The translations under genes were made by a program, and so were the position numbers. Of a stretch of DNA of 47,291 bases, positions 19,660 through 28,310 are shown in pieces. This stretch comes from Bacteroidota bacterium. GTDB lineage: Bacteria; Bacteroidota; Bacteroidia; Flavobacteriales_F; PHOS-HE28. The DNA lies in contig JAFDZG010000106.1 of the NCBI GenBank assembly GCA_018267065.1, positions 1 to 47,291 on the forward strand, written 5' to 3'. The notes beneath the pieces are model-generated. The model ran no database searches, had not been told where the DNA came from, and was given only the letters and a program-made list of their open reading frames with translations. Position 1 is the stretch's first letter; the number at the start of each line of letters is the position of its first letter.

Positions 19660-19661
19660 GC
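19632..19661. repeat. 12-bp tandem repeat gcatgcggcgga x2.5
   Basis: Read directly. On the minus strand it encodes MLRRMLRRM and creates three in-frame start codons for the kinase gene. Confidence 0.85.
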
Positions 19662-19738
19662 AGCGAATGTAGCTCCGCGCAGAAAACGACAATGCCCGCA
19701 GGGCTTGTTCCCGGCGGGCATTGATGCACAAGTGCGGC

Positions 19739-20497
19739 TTATTGTATCGTGGCGCTCACCGTGCGGGTGGTCTGCTTGCCAAAGTAAAAGTCCTTGCCGC
19801 CGATCACCTCGTGGGAGTAGCTGTAGGGCGATACCTGGATCATGCTGGAACCGGCGACCACGCCGCCCAGCTCCGATGCGGTGAATGTGCAGCTGGTGCT
19901 TCCGGAGGGCAGGTACTTCACCACTCCGCCCACCATGAACACCACGGAATCACAGGGGCTGATACTGGACACGCTGAGCGTGTAGCCGCTGCTGCGCGTT
20001 ACCGTGGTGGAACTGGTAATGCTGCCCACATCGGGGAAGCTGAAGGAAGGGCTTTGGTCCACTGCGGGAATGCCGTTCGCACCGGCCACCACCCAGTGCG
20101 TGGTGCCACTGCTGAGGTCCACGCCCGAGGGGTTGGACGTGGAGGGTATGGTCATGTAGGTGTTGTTTGAGTTGCGCGTCAGGGCAATGTCATTGAGGGT
20201 TACCGCACCCGCATCCACCAGCACGGAAGCGTTGGCTTCCGAAGGGAAAGCGGCCGAGCCCAAGCCGGCCTCCACCTCGAAGGGCACCCCCGCAACGGTT
20301 TGCGTGCTGAAGGTGTTGATGGCCCATAGCACGCCATCAGCTCCGGCAAACGTGGGAGTGGAAGAGGGGGTGGAAGAAGTGCTTCCTCCTCCGTTGTTAT
20401 CGGAGGACGGGGCTTCAGCTTCATCCTTTTTGCATGCGCCCAGGCAAAGGGCGGTGGCAAGCATGGCAAATGAGATCTGACGGAATGTGGAATGCAT
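19739..20497 (-). CDS. Lipoprotein (hypothetical), Ser/Thr/Gly-rich linker
   Basis: 252 aa with lipobox signal MHSTFRQISFAMLATALCLGAC, then DNNGGGSTSSTPSSTPT and a beta-rich domain. No family recognised. Confidence 0.6.
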   Translation of the reverse strand: MHSTFRQISFAMLATALCLGACKKDEAEAPSSDNNGGGSTSSTPSSTPTFAGADGVLWAINTFSTQTVAGVPFEVEAGLGSAAFPSEANASVLVDAGAVTLNDIALTRNSNNTYMTIPSTSNPSGVDLSSGTTHWVVAGANGIPAVDQSPSFSFPDVGSITSSTTVTRSSGYTLSVSSISPCDSVVFMVGGVVKYLPSGSTSCTFTASELGGVVAGSSMIQVSPYSYSHEVIGGKDFYFGKQTTRTVSATIQ

Positions 20498-20620
20498 GTT
20501 GAACGTGTTTTTTCGTTTTGCGAATGTTCCCGTTTCAACAAGGAAGGGGCATCCGTAGGTTGCCGTAATCGCCTACGGTGATCCACGTAAATGCACTGCG
20601 GCGAACCTTCCGGTCCCTGC

Positions 20621-20792
20621 CTTAGAGCTTTTTTGGGATCTCTTGAATGATGGGCTCCGAGGCCATTTTTCGGCGAGGCGAACCCGGAAAAATTCCGCGT
20701 AGCGGTGTCTACGGGTAATTTTTCCGGTGAAGCATCGGTGGAAAGGGGTCCGGAGAACGCATTTGAAGAGATCCCAAACAGGCTCTTAGAGC
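20621..20792. repeat. MITE-like nested inverted-repeat element flanked by the 8-bp direct repeat cttagagc
   Basis: Outer imperfect arms about 25 nt long share the core gggatctctt/aagagatccc. The inner perfect 11-bp pair is ccggaaaaatt (20684-20694) / aatttttccgg (20717-20727), with a third related copy atttttcgg (20665-20673). The direct repeat cttagagc occurs at 20621-20628 and 20785-20792. Confidence 0.45.
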
Positions 20793-22333
20793 GGAATGTT
20801 GCCGTGCTTCTTGCGCGGAAGGCGCTTGGCCTTGTTGCGCAGCATGCGGAGCGATTCGATCACTTTGCGCCGCGTTTCCGAAGGCTGGATCACTTCATCA
20901 ATGTATCCTCGCGAAGCTGCTTCATACGGGTTCGCGAAGCGCTCCTTGTATTCGTTCTCCTTGGCGGCCAGCATGGCTTCCGGGTCGGTGGCATTCTTGA
21001 TCTCGTTGCGGAAGATGATCTCCGCCGCGCCCTTGGCGCCCATCACCGCGATCTCCGCGGCCGGCCAGGCGAAGTTCATGTCGCAGCCGATGTGCTTGCT
21101 GTTCATCACATCGTAGGCACCGCCGTATGCTTTGCGCGTGATCACCGTGACGCGGGGCACCGTGGCTTCGCTGAAGGCATAGAGCAGTTTGGCGCCATGG
21201 TCAATGATGCCACGCCATTCCTGGTCAGTGCCCGGCAGGAAGCCGGGCACGTCCACGAACACGAGCAGGGGGATGTTGAAGGCATCGCAGAAGCGCACGA
21301 AGCGTGCGGCCTTGATCGAGGCATCGATGTCCAGCACGCCGGCCAGCACGGAGGGCTGGTTGGCCACGCAGCCCACCACTTCGCCCGCCACGCGGGCAAA
21401 GCCGATCACCATGTTGCGGGCATAGTCCGCGTGCACCTCCATGCTGCTGTCCGGGTCGATCACGGCGTTCATCACCTGCCGGATGTCGTAAGGCTGGTTG
21501 GGATTTTCCGGAAGGATGGAATCCAGCTCGGGCCGCCGTTCATCGCCTGGCGCGTAGGTGAATGCCGGTGGACGTTCCTCGCAGTTGGCGGGCAGGAAGC
21601 CGATCAATTTGCGCAGTTGCCCGATGGCGTCCAGCTCGTGCGGCGCCGTAAAATGGGCCACGCCGCTTTTGGACGCGTGCGTGGATGCTCCGCCGAGTTC
21701 TTCGGAGGTGACGGTTTCGTGGGTCACTGTCTTCACCACGTTGGGGCCGGTGACGAACATGTAGCTGGTGTTCTCCACCATGAGCACGAAATCCGTGAGC
21801 GCCGGGCTGTACACCGCCCCGCCTGCGCATGGCCCCATGATGGCGCTTACCTGCGGCACAACGCCGCTGGCCATCACATTGCGGTGGAAGATGTCCGCAT
21901 AGCCGCCCAGGGAAACCACGCCTTCCTGGATGCGCGCGCCGCCGCTGTCGTTCAGGCCGATCACGGGCGCGCCGTTCTCCATGGCCAAGTCCATGATCCG
22001 GCAGATCTTGTTGGCATGTGCTTCCGCGAGCGATCCGCCCAATACGGTGAAGTCCTGCGAAAAGACGTAAACCTTGCGGCCGTTGATGGTTCCGTAGCCG
22101 GTTACCACGCCGTCCCCAAGGAACACTTGTTTGTCCAGCCCGAAACTGGTGCTGCGGTGGGTGACCAATTGGCCGATCTCCTGGAACGTGCCTTCATCAA
22201 GCAGCAGGTCAATGCGCTCCCGCGCGGTGAGCTTGCCCTTGCCATGCTGGGATGCAATGCGTTCCTGGCCGCCACCGGACCGTGCTTTCCGTTCCTTTTC
22301 CGCGAGCAGCTTGAATTTGGCATGCATGTCCAT
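20786..22333 (-). CDS. Acyl-CoA carboxylase carboxyltransferase (propionyl-CoA carboxylase beta / methylmalonyl-CoA carboxyltransferase family)
   Basis: Internal ATG of ORF 20786-22546. [54 protein letters not shown], then GGARIQEG and two crotonase-like halves; 515 aa. Confidence 0.9.
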   Translation of the reverse strand: MDMHAKFKLLAEKERKARSGGGQERIASQHGKGKLTARERIDLLLDEGTFQEIGQLVTHRSTSFGLDKQVFLGDGVVTGYGTINGRKVYVFSQDFTVLGGSLAEAHANKICRIMDLAMENGAPVIGLNDSGGARIQEGVVSLGGYADIFHRNVMASGVVPQVSAIMGPCAGGAVYSPALTDFVLMVENTSYMFVTGPNVVKTVTHETVTSEELGGASTHASKSGVAHFTAPHELDAIGQLRKLIGFLPANCEERPPAFTYAPGDERRPELDSILPENPNQPYDIRQVMNAVIDPDSSMEVHADYARNMVIGFARVAGEVVGCVANQPSVLAGVLDIDASIKAARFVRFCDAFNIPLLVFVDVPGFLPGTDQEWRGIIDHGAKLLYAFSEATVPRVTVITRKAYGGAYDVMNSKHIGCDMNFAWPAAEIAVMGAKGAAEIIFRNEIKNATDPEAMLAAKENEYKERFANPYEAASRGYIDEVIQPSETRRKVIESLRMLRNKAKRLPRKKHGNIPL

Positions 22334-22366
22334 CCGCTTGTGGCCCGTATTGGTGCTTGGCCCGGC

Positions 22367-22374
22367 CAAATGTA
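22367..22374 (-). promoter_or_regulatory. Bacteroidota-type -7 box (TACATTTG)
   Basis: The reverse complement of caaatgta lies 33 nt upstream of the carboxyltransferase ATG (22333). Confidence 0.35.
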
Positions 22375-22454
22375 GAGGCATTGGGTGCAATCGCCCTTTG
22401 GCACACCGCCACGGCGCTGGACCCGCAGGGCGGCAACAACTACTTTCGTGCCGC

Positions 22455-24371
22455 ATGACCTGGCGCTTCGCCGACCTTCCCATACGGACCAAGTTCCTCA
22501 TCACGCTGGGCATCCCGGTGCTGGGCTTGGTGCTCTTGATCGGCAAGCAGGTGGATTCCAGCCTGAAGCGGAGCGATGTGCTGGGTTACGTGTCCAAGCA
22601 GGCGCGAAACATCCGGGTGATCGGGGATGTGATGGACGGCCTGCAGAATGAAAGTGCGATCAGCGTGGCCACCTTGGAAGGCATTTTGCCCAACGGCAAT
22701 TCCCTGGACCTGGCACGTGTGCAAACCGATGCCTACATCACCCGGTTGAAGGACCCGAACCTGAGCATCGACCCCTTGCTGCGGCCTGCGGACGTGGTGC
22801 AACCCTTGGCCAGCTTCCGCCAACGCGTGAAGGACAGGAACATCTCCGCTGCCGATGCCGAAGCGGCATACCGGTCCATGGACAGTGAGATGCTGCGCAA
22901 CCTGGCGGAGGTCTCCAAGCAGGCCATGGACCCGGAGACGAACAACAAGCTCTTTGCGCACCAAAGCCTGCTCAATGCCAAGGCCGTGCTCAGCGACATC
23001 CGCAGCCGGATCCTGCGGGCCCTTGCCAGCGGCAATTTCACCAGTGCCGAGATCGGCGAGCTCAACGAGCGCATTGCGCTGTACGACACGAACATGCTGC
23101 TTTTTGAGCGGGATGCCACTCCGGACGTGCATGCATTCTTTCGAAGCACTTTCCAGGGGCCGGATGTGAGCTTGGTGCGCTCGATCATTGGCACCATCCA
23201 TGAAAACCGCTCCCTCAAAGACCTCGGCATGACCGCGCCCGAATGGTGGGAGATCAGCGGCAAGGCCATGGAACGGTTGCGACAGGTGGAGGACCGCTCC
23301 ATCAGTTCGATCATTGCGGCGAGCGAAGGAATTTCCGGGGCCGCCCAGCAGCGCCTCTTCCTGGTGCTGGTGGCCTTGCTGGGCGTGGTGGGGGCGGTGA
23401 CCATCATGGCCATCGTGATCATGCGCGGATTGCGCAACACCATCTCCGAGGTGACGCAAGCGGCTTCCGCGCTCGCCCAAGGCGATGTGCGCGCCGGCGT
23501 ACCGGTAACCTCCATGGATGAGGTGGGCCACATGGCCGGCTCCTTCAACGCCATGATCGAGGCGATCCGTTCGCTTTCCGCAAGTGCGGACGCCATTGGC
23601 AAAGGCAATTACAACACGCCCGTGATCGTGCGCGGGGAGCAGGACGTGCTTGGCCTTTCGCTCACGCGCATGCGTGACAACCTCAAGGCCGCCAAGGAGC
23701 GCGACATGCAGAACAATGAGGCCCTGCGCGGGGAAAAGAACAAGCTGGAGCAGGCCAATGCGCGCATCGAAACCCTGATCAAGGAGATCCATCACCGGGT
23801 GAAGAACAACCTCCAGGTGGTGGCCAGCATGCTGCGCCTGCAATCGGGCAACATCACGGATGCACACCTGCAGCATGTGTTTGCCCAGAGCCAAAGCCGC
23901 GTGGCCTCCATGGCTTTGATCCATGAGAAGCTATACAAGGGAAGTGACCTGGCCCAAGTGGACCTTTCCCAGTACATCAAGGACCTCTTTGCGGAACTGG
24001 TGCATTTGAACAAGGTGCAGGAGAACATCCGCTACCGGACCGCCATTGACCCGGACCTGGTGCTGGACCTGGACACCATGGTGCCTTTGGGGCTCATCCT
24101 CAATGAGCTCATCACCAACTCATTCAAACATGCCTTTGGCCCTGGGGGTGAGGGCTTCATCAACCTGCGGATCCACCGGGCAGAGGGCCAGCGCTTCGAC
24201 CTGTACTACGCTGACAACGGAAAGGGCATTGCACCGGAACGCGCCAACGGGGAAACAGGCACCTTGGGCCGCAGTTTGATAGATAGCTTGGTGGAGCAGC
24301 TCAATGGGTTCATCACCATGGAAAGCGATGCCACCGGAACCCGTTACCACATCCGGTTCCGCGCCAAGTGA
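22455..24371 (+). CDS. Sensor histidine kinase, NIT-like periplasmic domain + HAMP + HisKA_2
   Basis: Internal ATG of ORF 22131-24371. An N-terminal TM, a roughly 290-aa helical sensor domain with NIT-like [12 protein letters not shown], a second TM, HAMP ([15 protein letters not shown]), a coiled coil, the H-box [19 protein letters not shown], and an ATPase domain ([18 protein letters not shown]). Confidence 0.8.
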   Translation: MTWRFADLPIRTKFLITLGIPVLGLVLLIGKQVDSSLKRSDVLGYVSKQARNIRVIGDVMDGLQNESAISVATLEGILPNGNSLDLARVQTDAYITRLKDPNLSIDPLLRPADVVQPLASFRQRVKDRNISAADAEAAYRSMDSEMLRNLAEVSKQAMDPETNNKLFAHQSLLNAKAVLSDIRSRILRALASGNFTSAEIGELNERIALYDTNMLLFERDATPDVHAFFRSTFQGPDVSLVRSIIGTIHENRSLKDLGMTAPEWWEISGKAMERLRQVEDRSISSIIAASEGISGAAQQRLFLVLVALLGVVGAVTIMAIVIMRGLRNTISEVTQAASALAQGDVRAGVPVTSMDEVGHMAGSFNAMIEAIRSLSASADAIGKGNYNTPVIVRGEQDVLGLSLTRMRDNLKAAKERDMQNNEALRGEKNKLEQANARIETLIKEIHHRVKNNLQVVASMLRLQSGNITDAHLQHVFAQSQSRVASMALIHEKLYKGSDLAQVDLSQYIKDLFAELVHLNKVQENIRYRTAIDPDLVLDLDTMVPLGLILNELITNSFKHAFGPGGEGFINLRIHRAEGQRFDLYYADNGKGIAPERANGETGTLGRSLIDSLVEQLNGFITMESDATGTRYHIRFRAK

Positions 24372-24416
24372 AGCACTTGGGGCCCCGGAAACGTTGGAAG
24401 CTGCCGTACCCGCCCA

Positions 24417-25175
24417 CTATGCAGGGCGCTGACGGACCTGCCAACTGCATCCTTGGTCCAATGCAGTGGTGCAAGTGGCATCAAACCCCATGAGGTTGCA
24501 CCTCCGTTCAATGCTACGCAGGCCTGCATGGGCCACCACGGTGGTTGGGTCAAAGCCCTTTCCGTTGTCCGTAATGGTGAACCCTGCCGGGTTGTTGTGG
24601 AACCTGACAGTTATGGTGCTTGCGCTGCCGTGCTTGATCGCGTTGGTGAGCACTTCCTGGCAAACGCGGTAAAGCACGGTGCCCACATCCCCCGGCAGTT
24701 GGAGCGGAAATTCATCCTGCACCACGTTCACCTTCAAATTTCCCGCACGGCTCAAACGATCCGCAAGGCGTATCACCGCTTCCTGCAACGTATTGGCCTT
24801 CCACATGTCCATGTTCAGCGTATGGCCCAGGTTGCGCACTTCGTTGATGCACTCGGCCAAGGCTTCGCGTGCCGGATTGAGCCGGGGGTCCGGGGCAATA
24901 TCCTGGCCCCAGTTCAGTCCGATATGGATCACCATCAACAGTTGCGATACGTTGTCATGCAGCTCCGAACCCACTTCGCGCAGTGTCTGTTGCACAGCCT
25001 CGCGTTCAGCGGCCATTTTCTCATGGGCATGTTTCAGGTGCATTTCCGCCAGTTCTGCGCGGTGCCGGTGCCTGCGGCTGGTGTTCACTGCCATCAACAC
25101 GCCCACTAAACCAATAAGGCCCAGTATGAAGACCGTGCCCACCACCACCACGAAGATGAACCCCTGGTCATTCAT
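24417..25175 (-). CDS. Small membrane-anchored histidine kinase (HisKA_3 type), no cognate regulator nearby
   Basis: Internal ATG of ORF 24417-25412. One TM (FIFVVVVGTVFILGLIGLVGVLMAV), the H-box ELHDNVSQLL, and an ATPase domain (VLTNAIKHG, DNGKGF). Confidence 0.8.
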   Translation of the reverse strand: MNDQGFIFVVVVGTVFILGLIGLVGVLMAVNTSRRHRHRAELAEMHLKHAHEKMAAEREAVQQTLREVGSELHDNVSQLLMVIHIGLNWGQDIAPDPRLNPAREALAECINEVRNLGHTLNMDMWKANTLQEAVIRLADRLSRAGNLKVNVVQDEFPLQLPGDVGTVLYRVCQEVLTNAIKHGSASTITVRFHNNPAGFTITDNGKGFDPTTVVAHAGLRSIERRCNLMGFDATCTTALDQGCSWQVRQRPA

Positions 25176-25821
25176 GCTGACGGCTCCCGGTGATACGCGC
25201 CTGCAACAAGCATGCGCCGGCAGTGCACAGGTAGCGGAGGATGCACAGCAAGGGCATGATAAAGGACAACTCCGCCGCCAACGCACTATTTTTTTGGAAG
25301 ACGAACCGTACCATGGCAATGTGGGGGACCAAGCCACCAAAATACACCAACAAGCCCATGAAAAGCCAGAATTCTGGCACCGACGGGAGCGGGGACTCAC
25401 TGGTTTTGGCAATGCTCCACAATGCCGCCACCAGCAAGGCGGTCAGGATCATGGAAATCACCACCACCGCTTCGGTCAGCACGAAAGCCGTTGGATCCCG
25501 CAACATGGCCGCAATGAACATGCTGGTGCAGCCAAGAAATGCTGCCGGCAACAATACCCGGCCCCACCGGGGCTTGAAACGGTACAGCAGCCAGAGCAGG
25601 ACCAGGAACTCCAGGGGTACGCATACATTGTACACGATGCTGTTCTCGAAGGAGAGCCATACGGCAGCCATGGCCGTTACCTCCGTGATGAGCCCCAGTG
25701 TAATTGATGCCAACAAAGGATTGCGCAGCACCCACGAGCGCACCGGCACCCGCCAGCAGGCCACCCATGCCAAGGACATGGCCGAGTAGATCAACAAGAA
25801 CCTGAAAATTATTGATCCCAT
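25168..25821 (-). CDS. Polytopic membrane protein (about 6 TM), translationally coupled to the kinase
   Basis: 217 aa and hydrophobic throughout. Its stop overlaps the kinase start by 8 nt (ATGAATGA). Confidence 0.65.
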   Translation of the reverse strand: MGSIIFRFLLIYSAMSLAWVACWRVPVRSWVLRNPLLASITLGLITEVTAMAAVWLSFENSIVYNVCVPLEFLVLLWLLYRFKPRWGRVLLPAAFLGCTSMFIAAMLRDPTAFVLTEAVVVISMILTALLVAALWSIAKTSESPLPSVPEFWLFMGLLVYFGGLVPHIAMVRFVFQKNSALAAELSFIMPLLCILRYLCTAGACLLQARITGSRQHE

Positions 25822-25863
25822 CCTGGTGCGGCCTTCATCCGTGCATGGTTCAAGGAAACGGGA

Positions 25864-26781
25864 TCAGGGCTTCTTTGGCGGGCATAGGGGTGGGCACATT
25901 CCCCCGAGGTCCATGGCGCGGTTTTGATAAACATTCGATGCATTCGCTTGATCATTCAACAGGTCCCTGCTGCCATCTGCCACGTGCAGGGCGATGAAGT
26001 GGCGGTATTCCGGGTCATCATCAAGAAATCCCAAGGCCCGGTAAGGAACTGGCTCACTGATGCAACTGAGCACAAGTACAGTGTCCGTTACTCCGGGGTT
26101 TTGTTGCAACAGGTAACGCACCTTGCATGGATAGGAGAACCAAGTAGCCGTGGGGTCCGGAAGGTCGTCGGAATCATTCGGGTCGTCCAATCGGAGCTTA
26201 TCCGGAGTTCCGCTCCCGTTGCGCAGAATGCGGATGTTGTTGCTATACGCATCCTCATACTTCGTTGGGTTGGTCTCAACGACCATTTTCCCGTTGGTGA
26301 AGGAAAACGCCTTTAGCGTGGATACTTGTTCATTCATGCCTCCGTTATCCAGGAACATGAACCGGAAGACCGGATGGAAGGCTGTACCATCCAAGCCATA
26401 GTTGATGTAGATCCCGATGGGATCCTTGCCTGCAGGCACTGCGGATTTCCCGGCTGCCGCCAAACTGCTCCAGGGGATGCGTAGCACCGTGTCGCTTACC
26501 GGTTTGTTGCTTGGGGCCACGGTGAAATGCTTGTTGAAAAGTGCTTTCGCGGAATCCAGTTCCGATTTTGTGAAATTGGCCTGGCGGTTCGTGCTGGAAA
26601 GGATGTTGTCGAACGTTTGAGGGCTGTCATGGGCCTGCGGTTCCCGAACCGTTGAGGAGTCCGTGCCAACCGGGGGTGGTGCGGCCTTGTTGTTTCCGCC
26701 CTGGCAGGCAGCGAACAACAAGGCAAGCAGCAGGAAGAAATGAATCACCAGAATGGTTCTGGAAGGGAAGAGGCGCTTCAT
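25864..26781 (-). CDS. Lipoprotein (hypothetical)
   Basis: 305 aa with lipobox signal MKRLFPSRTILVIHFFLLLALLFAAC. Sampled 60-nt stretches are 45-50% GC, lower than my impression of neighbouring genes. No family recognised. Confidence 0.6.
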   Translation of the reverse strand: MKRLFPSRTILVIHFFLLLALLFAACQGGNNKAAPPPVGTDSSTVREPQAHDSPQTFDNILSSTNRQANFTKSELDSAKALFNKHFTVAPSNKPVSDTVLRIPWSSLAAAGKSAVPAGKDPIGIYINYGLDGTAFHPVFRFMFLDNGGMNEQVSTLKAFSFTNGKMVVETNPTKYEDAYSNNIRILRNGSGTPDKLRLDDPNDSDDLPDPTATWFSYPCKVRYLLQQNPGVTDTVLVLSCISEPVPYRALGFLDDDPEYRHFIALHVADGSRDLLNDQANASNVYQNRAMDLGGMCPPLCPPKKP

Positions 26782-26958
26782 CGGTTCTTAAGGTGTTGGT
26801 GGAATTGGGTTGCAAGGGCTTGGTTCTTAGCCGCGATGAAGTTCGGTGGATCAACTTGGTTGAAACAATACCCATTTATAGGTGTTTTTGGCCGCGCCTG
26901 CCACCAAGGACCGGTTTTGGGGTGCGTGTAGGCCATTGAACCCACGTGGCGGCCATTG

Positions 26959-26966
26959 TAGTTTTG
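26959..26966 (+). promoter_or_regulatory. Bacteroidota-type -7 box (TAGTTTTG) with a TTG about 20 nt upstream
   Basis: Exact TAnnTTTG match 19 nt upstream of the ATG at 26985. A TTG at 26936-26938 has -33-like spacing. Confidence 0.4.
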
Positions 26967-26984
26967 TGCCACAACAAGTGCTTC

Positions 26985-27356
26985 ATGCCCCGGTACATTG
27001 CTGCCTTGCTCCTGCTTCTGCTGGCTGGGCCATTCAATTCCATGCGCGCCCAGTCATGCACGGCAACGGTGGAAACCGTGGCACGGCAGGTGGGTGAATC
27101 AGTGGTGTTCTGCGGCACACCTTCTGAGGTGCATGCGTCCAATCGCCCAGATGGTCCCGTACACGTGAACTTTGGCGGCACGTGGCCGGATGTTTCCTTC
27201 ACCGTGATCATCTTTCCGGATGTGGCCGGTGATGTCCCGGCCCTGGTGAAAAGGCTGGAGGGCAAATCAGTACAGGTGACCGGTTTGGTCAAGGACTACA
27301 AAGGGAAGCCCGAGATCGTGCTCAAGAAATTGAACGATCTGGTGGTGCAGGAGTGA
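26985..27356 (+). CDS. Small secreted protein, possibly OB-fold-like (hypothetical)
   Basis: Internal ATG of ORF 26946-27356. Signal peptide MPRYIAALLLLLLAGPFNSMRAQ, and a C-terminal GKSVQVTGLVKDYKGKPEIVL pattern seen in OB-fold-like proteins. Confidence 0.6.
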   Translation: MPRYIAALLLLLLAGPFNSMRAQSCTATVETVARQVGESVVFCGTPSEVHASNRPDGPVHVNFGGTWPDVSFTVIIFPDVAGDVPALVKRLEGKSVQVTGLVKDYKGKPEIVLKKLNDLVVQE

Positions 27357-28109
27357 TCAGCCTTCCGCCAACGCGGCCTCCACCTCCTCGCTCAGTTCCA
27401 TGTTGTGGTACACGGCGTTCACGTCGTCGTCCTCCTCCAACATGTCCACCAGCTTCATCACGTTGCGCGCCGTGGCCAGGTCCACGGGAATGGTGCTCAG
27501 CGGGAAGCGCTTCAGCTCAGCGCTTTTCGGCTCGATGCCCAGCTCGTCCAGCTTGTGCTGGATGTTGCCGAATTCGGTGAAAGGTGCGAGGATCACGAAG
27601 CCTTCGTCGTCGTGCACCAAGTCATCGGCACCGGCATCGATCAACGCCATTTCAAACTCGTCCGGGTCCATTTTCTTCAGTGAGTCGCCGGTTACCACAA
27701 ACTCGGCCTTGCGCTCAAACACATGCGAGAGCGAGCCGGAGTTGCCCAGGTTGCCATCGCACTTGTTGAAGAAGCTGCGCACGTTGCTGACGGTGCGCGT
27801 GGGGTTGTTCGTGGCCGTGTCCACGAAAATGGCCACGCCGCCCGGGGCGTAGCCTTCGTAGGTCATCTCGGTGTAATTCTCCTCGGTGCCGCCCGCGGCC
27901 TTCTTGATGGCCCTGTCGATGTTGTCCTTGGGCATGTTCATGCCCTTGGCATTTTGAATGGCCACCTTCAGGCGGTGATTGGCCTCGGGGCTGGGCCCGC
28001 CGGCCTTCACGGCCATGGAGATCTCCTTGCCGATGCGGGTGAAGAGCTTGCTGAGCTTGGCGTTGCGGGCGAAGATCTTGTGCTTGCGTTTCTCGAAAAT
28101 GCGGCCCAT
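27357..28109 (-). CDS. YebC/PmpR family DNA-binding transcriptional regulator
   Basis: Internal ATG of ORF 27357-28274. MGRIFEKRKHKIFARNAKLSKLFTRIGKEISMAVKAGGPSPEANHRLKVAIQNAKGMNMPKDNIDRAIKKA; 250 aa. Confidence 0.9.
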   Translation of the reverse strand: MGRIFEKRKHKIFARNAKLSKLFTRIGKEISMAVKAGGPSPEANHRLKVAIQNAKGMNMPKDNIDRAIKKAAGGTEENYTEMTYEGYAPGGVAIFVDTATNNPTRTVSNVRSFFNKCDGNLGNSGSLSHVFERKAEFVVTGDSLKKMDPDEFEMALIDAGADDLVHDDEGFVILAPFTEFGNIQHKLDELGIEPKSAELKRFPLSTIPVDLATARNVMKLVDMLEEDDDVNAVYHNMELSEEVEAALAEG

Positions 28110-28310
28110 GTGGAAGGATCGATTTGAAATGGAAATGCGGGAGGCCCCGCAGGGAGCGCGAAAATAGGGAGTTACGGACGGTCTCCCACCACTTCCCCTT
28201 ATGCGTGGCAATTGCGCTGCTGACACATGGGGCAGCGTGCCAATGAAAAAGCCTTCAATTGTGACGATCATCATTGTTTTTTGACTTTCTGCTTTTCACC
28301 ATTGCCTTAT

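Noticed and set aside
20705-22375. 556-aa ORF on the plus strand
   Set aside because: It is exactly antisense to the well-supported carboxyltransferase gene. The translation is Arg/Ala/Gly/His-rich with no recognisable motif, a typical high-GC shadow ORF.
22334-22546. N-terminal extensions of tracked ORFs (e.g. carboxyltransferase to 22546, ispD from 1119, purD to 16919, yebC to 28274, sigma to 41372)
   Set aside because: Family-typical N-termini begin at internal ATG/GTG codons. The extensions overlap neighbouring genes or promoter regions and have non-protein-like composition.
22440-23924. 494-aa minus-strand ORF, plus the 291-aa ORF at 22733-23608
   Set aside because: They are antisense to the NIT-like kinase. 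There are no motifs and the composition is biased.
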